This document shows, in pieces, positions 1 to 8,265 of a DNA stretch of 20,000 nucleotides; position 1 is the stretch's first letter; the number at the start of each line of letters is the position of its first letter. Below the pieces are notes generated by a model. The model had not been told where the DNA came from. It ran no database searches and worked only from the letters and a program-made list of their open reading frames with translations. Source of the DNA: an uncultured virus (IMG/VR IMGVR_UViG_3300021963_007405) (lineage: Duplodnaviria; Heunggongvirae; Uroviricota; Caudoviricetes); IMG/VR virus record IMGVR_UViG_3300021963_007405. One strand, 5' to 3'. The position numbers and the translations under genes were made by a program.

Positions 1-403
1 CTTGCAAATCTGAACAATACTGAGGCATTGTTGTGCAATTAATAATTAAGTATTTCTTATTTTTTTGAAATCCGCGTTTTATTATTTGTTCTATAACTTT
101 TTCTATTTGAGAATGATCGTATTTACCAGATGGTAAACTTGGGGTTGCTACAGTAATGAAAATTATTTTGTTTTTCAAAATTTCATCTATGTCATCAGTA
201 GCAATAAAATTTTTTGATTTTTGTAGATATTCTTCTACAAAAGGCTCATCAGAGTATAGTTGTTTGTTGTTAATTTTATTAATATAATTTTTATCAATGT
301 CACAGCCTATTACATTATAGCCGTTCTTTTCTAAATTTAGAGCTAGGCAAATTCCAAGTTTGCCAATGCCTATTATAGAAATATTGTTAGTTAAATTGTT
401 CAT
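1..403 (-). CDS. UDP-glucose/GDP-mannose dehydrogenase family protein, N-terminal part (runs off the window edge)
   Basis: Not in the ORF track; translated by hand from the ATG at 403, which overlaps the upstream stop (TAATG): MNNLTNNISIIGIGKLGICLALNLEKNGYNVIGCDID...SDEPFVEEYL...IIFITVATPSLPSGKYDHSQIEKV...IINCTTMPQY. Rossmann GxGxxG motif plus the family-typical EP, V.TP and (S/C)T..P motifs. Confidence 0.85.
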   Translation of the reverse strand, partial: MNNLTNNISIIGIGKLGICLALNLEKNGYNVIGCDIDKNYINKINNKQLYSDEPFVEEYLQKSKNFIATDDIDEILKNKIIFITVATPSLPSGKYDHSQIEKVIEQIIKRGFQKNKKYLIINCTTMPQYCSDLQ

Positions 404-1236
404 TATAATAAGGTCCAGTTAGGAAAAAATAAATCTTTACATTCTATTTTTAAATGTGGATAGAAATTGTATGGCGCTATACATCTTTGATTTTTATTTA
501 AATACGCACCCCATAAACTATACGTCGATAAAAAAGAAATGATATTATAGTCACAAAGAGTCATGCAACAAAAAGTTTCTATATCGTTTAAATCGATATC
601 GTAAATAATTCTTTTGTCATTGAAATTGTTCCTGCACCATTCAATATCTTTTTTGTTATCTTCAAAACGCGATCCTCCCGTGAATAATAGAATTGTGCAT
701 TCTTTGGGTATGGTCTCTAAAGCTTTAGAATAGTATTGATACAATAAAGATTTTTGCGAAAAATCATTCGTAAATATATCTAAATCTGGATTTGTTCCAT
801 CAGAGCCGTCTCCCCTTCTTACATGTAAAGATATTGTTGGTTTATTAAATTGTTTTAAATATTGAAGAACTTTATTTTTAAGTTCATCTTTTAGCTCTAG
901 TTCTTTTCTAATTTCATCTATGTATTTTATAAAATATTTAGTGTTTTGAAAAAACCCGTGATAGTTTGTATCGTTTTCTATTTGAAATACATTTTCATCG
1001 TATTCCATATGATTTTTTTCAACATAAGTAAAGTCAAAACTTTTATCTAAATAATTTATAGAAGGTAGTTTGAAATTATTTAATAAACATTTTTGGTTAT
1101 GCCAGTTTCTGTTGAAAAAATCAGTTGGTAGAATAATTTGATTATTAGTTTTTAAAGAAACAGATTTCAATAAAGCGTATTGAAAAAGTTGGTTCCCTAA
1201 TCTTCCATAATTTCCAAGCTGTTGAAATGTTATCAT
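403..1236 (-). CDS. Glycosyltransferase family 11 (alpha-1,2-fucosyltransferase-like)
   Basis: GRLGNQLFQYA, HGFFQ, HVRRGD and STYSLWGAYL match GT11 motifs. Confidence 0.9.
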   Translation of the reverse strand: MITFQQLGNYGRLGNQLFQYALLKSVSLKTNNQIILPTDFFNRNWHNQKCLLNNFKLPSINYLDKSFDFTYVEKNHMEYDENVFQIENDTNYHGFFQNTKYFIKYIDEIRKELELKDELKNKVLQYLKQFNKPTISLHVRRGDGSDGTNPDLDIFTNDFSQKSLLYQYYSKALETIPKECTILLFTGGSRFEDNKKDIEWCRNNFNDKRIIYDIDLNDIETFCCMTLCDYNIISFLSTYSLWGAYLNKNQRCIAPYNFYPHLKIECKDLFFPNWTLL

Positions 1237-1238
1237 TA

Positions 1239-2267
1239 TTAGAAGTCTAAATATATATTATGTAAATTATATTTTTTATTCCAGTTGGGGTAGAACTTTT
1301 TGATTTTATTTAAATCAGAAATGTACCAGATATGGTCGCCAGTTCTATTTTTATCAATTGCATTATATTTTAATTTTTTATTATATATTTTTTCTAAATC
1401 TATAATAGCTTCTAAAACTGAAACGCTGTTTTCTCGTCCTCCTCCGAGATTAAAAATTTCTCCGAATAAGGAGGGACCGTTTATAACTGTATTTATAAAA
1501 GACCAAACATCATAGGAATGTATATTGTCTCTAACCTGTTTGCCTTTATATCCATAAATATTATATTCGATTTCATTTTTAACGCATTTAGATAAATACG
1601 ATAGAAAGCCATGTAATTCAGCTCCTTTATGGTTTCCTCCAGTTAGGCATCCGCATCTAAGAACACAGGTTTTTAGTTTAAAATTATTACCATATTCTTG
1701 TACAATTAAATCGGAATATAATTTATTAACCCCAAAAATACTATGAGTGCAATTATCTATATTGAATTGTTCATCTATGCCATTAATATATTTTCCATTA
1801 TGTTCGTATCTATATTCTTCTTCAATTAATTGTATTTTATTTGGATTATCTCCATATACTTTATTAGTAGACATGTATATGAAAAAGGCATTTGGAGCGT
1901 ATTTTTTAAATGCTTCTAAAATTTTAAGTGTTGCATATGAATTAATTTCAAAATCTAGTTTTGGATCTTTATACGACCAATCATGAGAAGGTTGAGCGGC
2001 GCAATGTACAATTGCAGAAATATCTGAGTTGTATAAATTAAATATTTCATTTATTTGTTCTGTGTTACAAATGTCAATCCATTCATGCCGATAATTAGTA
2101 AATTGTTTTAAATATGCGAGAGTAGTTTCAACTGAGCAAGTGTTACCAAAAAATTTTTTTCTGCTATCGTTATCTATTCCAATAACATTGTATCCTATTT
2201 TTAAAAATTCTTCAGCGCATTTAGATCCTATTAGACCTAGCGATCCTGTTATTAGAATGGTCTTCAT
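1239..2267 (-). CDS. NAD-dependent NDP-sugar epimerase/dehydratase (extended SDR, CDP-paratose 2-epimerase-like)
   Basis: ITGSLGLIG, GIDN, HCAAQPSHD, STNKVYGD, GKQVRDNIH, FNLGGG and RTGDHIWYISD motifs. Confidence 0.88.
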   Translation of the reverse strand: MKTILITGSLGLIGSKCAEEFLKIGYNVIGIDNDSRKKFFGNTCSVETTLAYLKQFTNYRHEWIDICNTEQINEIFNLYNSDISAIVHCAAQPSHDWSYKDPKLDFEINSYATLKILEAFKKYAPNAFFIYMSTNKVYGDNPNKIQLIEEEYRYEHNGKYINGIDEQFNIDNCTHSIFGVNKLYSDLIVQEYGNNFKLKTCVLRCGCLTGGNHKGAELHGFLSYLSKCVKNEIEYNIYGYKGKQVRDNIHSYDVWSFINTVINGPSLFGEIFNLGGGRENSVSVLEAIIDLEKIYNKKLKYNAIDKNRTGDHIWYISDLNKIKKFYPNWNKKYNLHNIYLDF

Positions 2268-2890
2268 ATAGTTTTATTAATATAAATTTCGTCGCAGCCT
2301 AAATCTGTTATCTTTTCAAAACCGTTTGTAGTTAATAAATTATATATTAAATTTTCTCCATAGTTGTTTTCAACAGAAATGGCTTTAATTTTTATTTTAT
2401 TAAAATCAATTGTTTTTAAAATAGCTAATTCAGCTCCTTCAGTGTCTAAGCTTAAGTAATCTATATAGTTAATGTTATATTTTTTAATCAATTCTACCAT
2501 TGACATTGTTTGTATTTTATTTATTTCAACTGACTTTCCATAAGTCAATAGATCGTTAAAAATTCTATTAAGATGTTGCGGCTTTTGTTCGCATAGTAAA
2601 CCACTTAACCCTTTAATATATCCATCACACTCTAAAAAATCATATGTTCCACATTTGTCATAAATAGCGATATTTTCAACATGGCATTTTCTATGTTTTT
2701 TTATGTTTTCATATTCTTTGAATCTAGGTTCAATAAGAATTCCATTCCATCCATTCTGTTCAAAAAAATATGTGTTATTTTGATTTATAGGTTCAGATCC
2801 TCCTATATCAACAAAGAAGCCATTTTTTTTATTAAAAAAAACGTTTTCGTTTAAATATTTATCTTGATGATATTGACTATTATAATTCAT
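2264..2890 (-). CDS. FkbM-family methyltransferase
   Basis: SQYHQD, GFFVDIGG, NTYFFEQNGWNGILIEP and IDYLSLDTEGAELAIL motifs. Confidence 0.9.
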   Translation of the reverse strand: MNYNSQYHQDKYLNENVFFNKKNGFFVDIGGSEPINQNNTYFFEQNGWNGILIEPRFKEYENIKKHRKCHVENIAIYDKCGTYDFLECDGYIKGLSGLLCEQKPQHLNRIFNDLLTYGKSVEINKIQTMSMVELIKKYNINYIDYLSLDTEGAELAILKTIDFNKIKIKAISVENNYGENLIYNLLTTNGFEKITDLGCDEIYINKTI

Positions 2891-3710
2891 TTAAATAATT
2901 ATCTTTTATATATTTCCAAGGATATAAATAAGACTCAGCTAGTTTGTAGTTTTGATGTATAGCGTCTAATCTTTCAAGATAGAATTTTTCGTCTGCTTTA
3001 GATACGATTTCTTCAAGTTCTTCTAAAGTATTAAAAATTAATACACCGTCTTTATTAAAATATCTTAGTATTTCTGGATCTCCTTTGTAAATAGGAATAG
3101 TTCCTGTTCTAAAACAATCTAGTATTTTTTCAGTAAAATATCCTGGCTCATAGCAGTTTTCTACAGCTACAGAATATCTGTAATCTTTATGCCATTTCAT
3201 TTTAGGTTCAACTGGATCACCATATTTATAACCGTCTAATAAATGTTTTACTTTTAAAAAGCATTGATGCCTAAAAGAATGTCCTTCAGTCCAAACTTTA
3301 GAAGAACAAACCATTCCAACATTTTTAGATTTTTCGTAAATTGCATGTTCATTTAAGGGAATGAAATATGCACCCCAAGGATACCAAAAACAATTTTCGA
3401 TTTCGCTGCAAACTTTTTTATGATGTGAAAATATCTTTTTAAATGTTTGTTTGTTGGAATAAGCTAGTTCATAAATATTTGGGTTTATTACTTTTGGCTC
3501 TATTATCCAAAGATAAATGTTTTTATTTTGCAGGATATTAAGATATTGCAAAGCAGCTCTATCAGAAATAATTAAAGTTTCATATTTATTTATATCGTTA
3601 AGATTTAAAATATGTCTATACCCATAGTTCAAATTTAAAAGTTTAGCTTCTTCAAAAAAACTAATTTTATTTTGAATACATTCAAAATCTAAGAGAGGAA
3701 TTTCTTTCAT
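2880..3710 (-). CDS. Glycosyltransferase family 10-like (alpha-1,3/4-fucosyltransferase-type donor-binding motif)
   Basis: YRYSVAVENCYEPGYFTEKILDCFRTGTIPIYKG matches the GT10 motif Y.F.L..EN....Y.TEK......G.VPIY.G. Confidence 0.82.
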   Translation of the reverse strand: MKEIPLLDFECIQNKISFFEEAKLLNLNYGYRHILNLNDINKYETLIISDRAALQYLNILQNKNIYLWIIEPKVINPNIYELAYSNKQTFKKIFSHHKKVCSEIENCFWYPWGAYFIPLNEHAIYEKSKNVGMVCSSKVWTEGHSFRHQCFLKVKHLLDGYKYGDPVEPKMKWHKDYRYSVAVENCYEPGYFTEKILDCFRTGTIPIYKGDPEILRYFNKDGVLIFNTLEELEEIVSKADEKFYLERLDAIHQNYKLAESYLYPWKYIKDNYLNEL

Positions 3711-4405
3711 TTTATTTGATTTTTAAAAAATGTAAAATTTTGCATCATCCATTGCGTATAATCAAGAGTCGTGTTTTCAATATTGGAATAACTTGGTTTT
3801 TGAAAACATAATAAATCGGAAGTAATAAAGCAGTTGTTTTTATTTTGAAAGTCTTTAGCCAAAAAAACATCTATTGCTTCATAGTTATTAATTAAATCAA
3901 TATACCAATGTGTTTTATTTGAGAAAGAATCTTTTATTTTTAATGCTCCGTTTTTGGATACGGCTATGCTGTGTGTTGTGTGGGCGCAATTTAATTTATA
4001 TAAATTATTTGTAAATTTATGTATAGGTTGTATTCCATAAAAATTACCAACAGTACCTCCAAGATATAATAAGTCCCAGTTATTTGGCAATTCGTTAAAG
4101 CTTTGAGTTAGTTTAATATTTAAAATATCTTTTTCATCAGTAAAGTAAAAATCATCTTCTAAGATTAGAAATTGATTAAGATTTTCTTGAATAGCTTTTT
4201 CTATAGTTTTTGCATATGATAAACAGCATCCTATTTGTCCTTTTCTTTTTGGATTTATTTGTTCTTGTATTTTGACAGCATCTATTCTTTCGTAATTGGT
4301 GATGTTGTATTTTTCAAAATTAAGAAGGCATTCTTGCCATCTGTCCGTTCTTTCTTCTAAGTTTATACAAAAAATTTTATCAAATTTATTAAATATATTT
4401 TCCAT
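3707..4405 (-). CDS. Glycosyltransferase family 25
   Basis: IFCINLEERTDRW, RIDAV, GCCLSY, LILEDDF and WDLLYLG motifs. Confidence 0.85.
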   Translation of the reverse strand: MENIFNKFDKIFCINLEERTDRWQECLLNFEKYNITNYERIDAVKIQEQINPKRKGQIGCCLSYAKTIEKAIQENLNQFLILEDDFYFTDEKDILNIKLTQSFNELPNNWDLLYLGGTVGNFYGIQPIHKFTNNLYKLNCAHTTHSIAVSKNGALKIKDSFSNKTHWYIDLINNYEAIDVFLAKDFQNKNNCFITSDLLCFQKPSYSNIENTTLDYTQWMMQNFTFFKNQIK

Positions 4406-4408
4406 AAT

Positions 4409-5035
4409 TTATTGTTTCAGATATAAAGCGTCTCCCCATATAACACCTTCCCAGTTAGTTAAAATTCTATCAAATCCATATGTTGATAAAAAATCATCTA
4501 TTTCATTAACATGACAGCATTTATCGTAAACTTTATCTTTATTTACTTCACATAGTATATAATCTATTTGTTTTAGAGTTTTTCCAGCTCCTTTTAAAAC
4601 TTCTAGTTCGTATCCTTGAACATCTAAACATAAAAAATTATATCTAATTTCTTTTAATTTTTCATTTATTTGTAAAAAATCATCTAGCGTTGTCATTTCA
4701 ACTTCTATTTTTGAATGAAATTTTATATGAGGGTATTTAACTAAATGCAATTTTGGCTCTAAAATTGAACTGGACATTCCTTCATTCGCTGTTTCAACAT
4801 TCATCAAAATTTTTTTATTTTCATTACCTAATGCTAAATTATAAATTTTAGCTTTATCTGAACATTTTTTATTCAAGATTTCAAATGAAAATGGAACAGG
4901 TTCGAAACATAATATATTTGATACGTTATTTGCGTAAATATCTTCAATTACAGATCCGTGATGCGCTCCTGCTTGAATTGCGCCTTTTATATTTAGTTTA
5001 TAATTTTTAATTAGATTTGATAAGTTAAATAACAT
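4409..5035 (-). CDS. FkbM-family methyltransferase
   Basis: AGAHHG, CFEPV, NLALG, TTLDDF and LDVQGYELEVLKGA...WGDALY motifs. Confidence 0.92.
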   Translation of the reverse strand: MLFNLSNLIKNYKLNIKGAIQAGAHHGSVIEDIYANNVSNILCFEPVPFSFEILNKKCSDKAKIYNLALGNENKKILMNVETANEGMSSSILEPKLHLVKYPHIKFHSKIEVEMTTLDDFLQINEKLKEIRYNFLCLDVQGYELEVLKGAGKTLKQIDYILCEVNKDKVYDKCCHVNEIDDFLSTYGFDRILTNWEGVIWGDALYLKQ

Positions 5036-5036
5036 T

Positions 5037-5726
5037 TTATTTATATGTGTTTTTCACTTTTTTAATTTCATAATCTAATAAATCTTTATCTCTATTGCTG
5101 ATTGAATCGCCACGTTCATAAAAACATCCAATGCATTGTTCTATTTGTTGAAAATTATATCCGTTTTTAGACATTCTGGCAACCATTTCATAATCACCTG
5201 CTGTTATATAAGATTCATCGAAATAACCTATTTCTTCAAAAACTTTTTTCTTAATCAAAGGAAATGGTCCGCATAGATATTCGTACATTAAAAGAGCATG
5301 ATTGTATTTAGGCCATTTTGCATATAAAGAAAAATTGTAAATATCTCTAGTTTTAACAAGACCAAAAGGACCAAAAATAATATCCGCTTCAGGATCTTTT
5401 ATTATCCATTTTTCATAAGTTTCCAAGGCATAATCAAATAGCATATCATCAGTATTATAATTCATAATATAGTCTGTGGAAGCAGCTTTAATAGCAATAT
5501 TCCATGCAGTATATAAACCTATTCTGCTTTCAGATTCTATAATTTTAGTATTTATTCCATTTCTAAATTTAAAATTTTTTATAACGCTCAATGAATTATC
5601 TGTAGAGCAAGCATCAACAAAAATTATATCAAAATCTTTAGCAGTCTGAGTGTTGACATAATTTAAATATTCATTTATCCATAGATCGGAATTATAATTT
5701 GAACATATAATAGATATTTTGTTCAT
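5037..5726 (-). CDS. Glycosyltransferase family 2 (GT-A)
   Basis: ISIICSNYN, IIFVDACSTDNS, AWNIAIK, NTDD (DxD-like) and IGYFDE...GDYEM motifs. Confidence 0.9.
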   Translation of the reverse strand: MNKISIICSNYNSDLWINEYLNYVNTQTAKDFDIIFVDACSTDNSLSVIKNFKFRNGINTKIIESESRIGLYTAWNIAIKAASTDYIMNYNTDDMLFDYALETYEKWIIKDPEADIIFGPFGLVKTRDIYNFSLYAKWPKYNHALLMYEYLCGPFPLIKKKVFEEIGYFDESYITAGDYEMVARMSKNGYNFQQIEQCIGCFYERGDSISNRDKDLLDYEIKKVKNTYK

Positions 5727-6586
5727 ATCTTATTCCAAAAATCAACTGAAGCATTTTTGCAATTTTCTTTAAATTTTTCTATTCCATATTTTTCGATATC
5801 ATGAACGCATCCAATTTGAGATTGTTTGCTTGTCATGATAGTCATTCCGCAAAAAATAGCTTCGGCTACAGATCTACAGAAAGGCTCTCTTAGATTCGGT
5901 TCGTAATAAAGAGTCTTGTATTTATTATAAACTTGAGGCATTTGTTTGTATTTAATCAAGCCAAGATATTCAATATTTGGAATATTAGTGCTTAGAAAAT
6001 TATAAGTTTGATAATCGCTCCATCCAGCAACAGCGTATTTTGTATTTGGATTTCTTAACGCTAATTCAAAGAAATTACTTGTACCCTTCAATGGATGCAT
6101 ATATCCAACATACAAAATCTTATCTTCACGTTTATGACCATAATCGTAAAACTTATCCGCTTCAATTGGATCAGGAACGATTTCTACATTCTTAAAAATA
6201 TCTCCATATAGTTGTTTAAAGAACCAAAAATGATAATCAGTTAAGAAAAATGTCTTCTTACAAAATGAGAATAGTTTTATTCTATTTTCTTGATCTAAAT
6301 AATCATTTGAATCGTGTTCGATTCGAACGTGATACTTATGCTTAGCTATCTCGTCTAAAATCCAAGAATGCTTTTGGAAAACAGCGCAAACGTTTGAAGT
6401 AACTAGTATATCATAATCATGTATATTAATATGTTTTCCAAAGGTTTCATGATTTACTTTTAGAATATTAAAGCCAAGTAACTTGCCTTGATCTATTATT
6501 ATCTTATCGCTTCTTTGTGCGCCACCTGGAGCCTGATCTAAATCATAGTCAGCCAACCATAGTATTTTTTGATTGACATTTATCAT
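5723..6586 (-). CDS. GT-B fold glycosyltransferase (GT4-like)
   Basis: N-terminal PGGAQ, LYVGYMHPLKG, NIEYLG and the E-x7-E motif EPFCRSVAEAIFCG. Confidence 0.8.
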   Translation of the reverse strand: MINVNQKILWLADYDLDQAPGGAQRSDKIIIDQGKLLGFNILKVNHETFGKHINIHDYDILVTSNVCAVFQKHSWILDEIAKHKYHVRIEHDSNDYLDQENRIKLFSFCKKTFFLTDYHFWFFKQLYGDIFKNVEIVPDPIEADKFYDYGHKREDKILYVGYMHPLKGTSNFFELALRNPNTKYAVAGWSDYQTYNFLSTNIPNIEYLGLIKYKQMPQVYNKYKTLYYEPNLREPFCRSVAEAIFCGMTIMTSKQSQIGCVHDIEKYGIEKFKENCKNASVDFWNKI

Positions 6587-6600
6587 TTAAAGAATATACT
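6573..6600 (+). promoter_or_regulatory. sigma70-type promoter for the 6607 ORF (probably leaderless mRNA)
   Basis: TTGACA (6573-6578), 16-bp spacer, TATACT (6595-6600); the ATG at 6607 lies at the expected +1. Confidence 0.65.
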
Positions 6601-6601
6601 A

Positions 6602-6630
6602 ATCTTATGATTAGAAGCGTAGAAAGTCAA
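6602..6630 (-). promoter_or_regulatory. sigma70-type promoter for the glycosylation operon
   Basis: Minus strand TTGACT (6630-6625), 17-bp spacer, TAAGAT (6607-6602); predicted start near 6595, about 9 nt before the ATG at 6586. Confidence 0.55.
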
Positions 6631-6912
6631 GAGCATTTTTATTTAGTAACATGTGCAGACTTAGAATGTATGATTATGGCAAATTCGCCTGAAGAAGCTT
6701 CATGCCTCGGATTAAAAAACATTCTTAATAAAAAAGGTCAAGCTACCAATCTGTCTTTCATAACCAGTGTTGATTTCATAAATAAAAAAGAAAATGAAAC
6801 ATTTGTTTTTTATACATCAAGTATTTTAAACGATCTTGGTCATTTTAAATTGGCAAAAGATTTGGAGTCTTTGAGTGATTTTTTCCTTGACAAAGGAGAA
6901 AATTCTCATTAA
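6607..6912 (+). CDS. Hypothetical phage protein
   Basis: 101-aa ORF filling the gap directly behind a consensus promoter; no motif recognised. Confidence 0.7.
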   Translation: MIRSVESQEHFYLVTCADLECMIMANSPEEASCLGLKNILNKKGQATNLSFITSVDFINKKENETFVFYTSSILNDLGHFKLAKDLESLSDFFLDKGENSH

Positions 6913-6915
6913 ACT
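6887..6915 (+). promoter_or_regulatory. sigma70-type promoter upstream of the kinase-sigma-GT operon
   Basis: TTGACA (6887-6892), 17-bp spacer, TAAACT (6910-6915). Confidence 0.6.
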
Positions 6916-7046
6916 CTGGAGCGAAGCGAAAGAGTTTAATTCATCTTACGAAAATCATACGCAATATCTAAGTCTAAATCTTAATAAAAACAAGGTTAAC
7001 CTTAACAAATCGGTAAGGTATACCTAAGAGAGCGAAACCTAAGAGA
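6908..7046. repeat. Non-coding cluster of inverted repeats, palindromes and direct repeats
   Basis: ATTAAACTCT (6908-6917) / AGAGTTTAAT (6931-6940) flanking GGAGCGAAGCGAA; palindromes AAGGTTAACCTT (6992-7003) and AGGTATACCT (7016-7025); direct repeat ACCTAAGAGA (7022-7031, 7037-7046). Confidence 0.8.
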
Positions 7047-7676
7047 ATGAACAAGACACATAAATTTTTAATACGAAGAAGGAAAAAAGTGATATTTAAA
7101 GAACTGCCATTAATATTCGGTATAGGTGGAGTTGCAAGATGTGGAAAAGACACTCTTGGAAAACATCTAATAAATAAGTTAAATAAGTCTGGTTTTCCAG
7201 CATTGAATATATCATTCGCCACTGAATTAAAAAAAGATCTTGATCCTTTCTTAAAAGAAAAATTAAATATCTCAGCTTTTACAGACAAAAATTCTGAAAA
7301 AGAGATTATTCGCCCAATGCTTGTCTGCTGGGGAACTGATACTTGTAGAAAAATTGATCCTGATTATTGGATAAAGAAGATTGAAAAACAAGTTAAGTCC
7401 TCAATTAATAATAAAATCATCGTTGTCATAACTGATGTACGTTATGAAAATGAAGTTAAATGGATTAAAGATAACGGCGGCTTTATGATACACCTAAGCA
7501 GAATGGGGCAAAAACCTTCTAATTTTCAAGAAAGATTAAACGATCCTATTGTAAAACGTAACTCTGATCATATAATTAGATGGAAAACGTTTACTGATGA
7601 AAAAGAAACTTGCAATTATCACTTGAGCAAGTTATTCTATGAAAAAGGATGGTCAACATATGGAGATTTTAAGTGA
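7047..7676 (+). CDS. Deoxynucleoside-monophosphate-kinase-like P-loop protein (true start possibly the GTG at 7089)
   Basis: GIGGVARCGKDT Walker A, SFATELK, R..LV.WGT...R..DPDYW and VVITDVRYENE, as in phage dNMP kinases. An AAGGA lies just before the in-frame GTG at 7089. Confidence 0.8.
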   Translation: MNKTHKFLIRRRKKVIFKELPLIFGIGGVARCGKDTLGKHLINKLNKSGFPALNISFATELKKDLDPFLKEKLNISAFTDKNSEKEIIRPMLVCWGTDTCRKIDPDYWIKKIEKQVKSSINNKIIVVITDVRYENEVKWIKDNGGFMIHLSRMGQKPSNFQERLNDPIVKRNSDHIIRWKTFTDEKETCNYHLSKLFYEKGWSTYGDFK

Positions 7677-8265
7677 TTTAGATTTAATCAAAAACATCAA
7701 AAGAAAAAAGAAAGTAGATGAATGTCTACAAGAACTTATTGACAGGCACTCAGGAATTTATTTGGATATAGTAAATTCTTTTCTTAGAAACTGCAATAAC
7801 GACTCTTTAAGAGATGAGATTATAAATGATAAAGAGTACGCTATATATAATTCAGTTCTCAAATACGACGAGAATAGGGGTACAAAGTTTTCTACGTTTT
7901 TAGGAAATGAAGCGAAATGGATGTGTTTAAACGCTTCTAACAAGAATAAAAAGTACGTCGAATTGAATGACAATACTTATGATTTTGAGTGCATAAAAGA
8001 CAACTACGAACACACTGTAGTAAACTTTCAAGATCAAGTTCTTAAAGAGTTCAATGAAGAAATCTCAAAGCATCCAGACAAGCGAATACAAAAAATATTC
8101 TCAATGCGCTATTCAGGAAATAAGAAGCTAACCCCTTGGCGCAAAATCAGCAAATCAATGAATCTGAGTATTCAAGGATGTATAAATATACATAACGCAG
8201 CTTTAAATTCTATCTCAAAAAATATAAGATCCAAATATGAAATTATTAGTCAACGCTCCAATTAA
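7639..8265 (+). CDS. Phage-encoded RNA polymerase sigma70-family factor (regions 2 and 4; likely start ATG 7660)
   Basis: LQELIDRHSGI and YNSVLKYDENRGTKFSTF resemble region 2 (KFDpxRGxKFSTY); C-terminal HTH IFSMRY...TPWRKISKSMNLSIQGCINIHNAAL resembles region 4. Confidence 0.85.
   Translation: MKKDGQHMEILSDLDLIKNIKRKKKVDECLQELIDRHSGIYLDIVNSFLRNCNNDSLRDEIINDKEYAIYNSVLKYDENRGTKFSTFLGNEAKWMCLNASNKNKKYVELNDNTYDFECIKDNYEHTVVNFQDQVLKEFNEEISKHPDKRIQKIFSMRYSGNKKLTPWRKISKSMNLSIQGCINIHNAALNSISKNIRSKYEIISQRSN

Noticed and set aside
1300..4514. Plus-strand ORFs 1300-1515, 1747-1986 and 4296-4514
   Set aside because: They are antisense shadows of well-supported enzyme genes and have no recognisable motifs.
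1..6586. Ordinary bacterial O-antigen or capsule locus
   Set aside because: No membrane flippase, polymerase or chain-length genes are seen, and the flanks carry phage-type genes (dNMP kinase, tail chaperone, LamG array). It cannot be fully excluded beyond the left edge.
6908..7046. Mini-CRISPR array or tRNA in the repeat-rich gap
   Set aside because: The repeats are only 10-12 nt with no regular 30-40 nt spacers, and no cloverleaf or T-loop consensus is visible.
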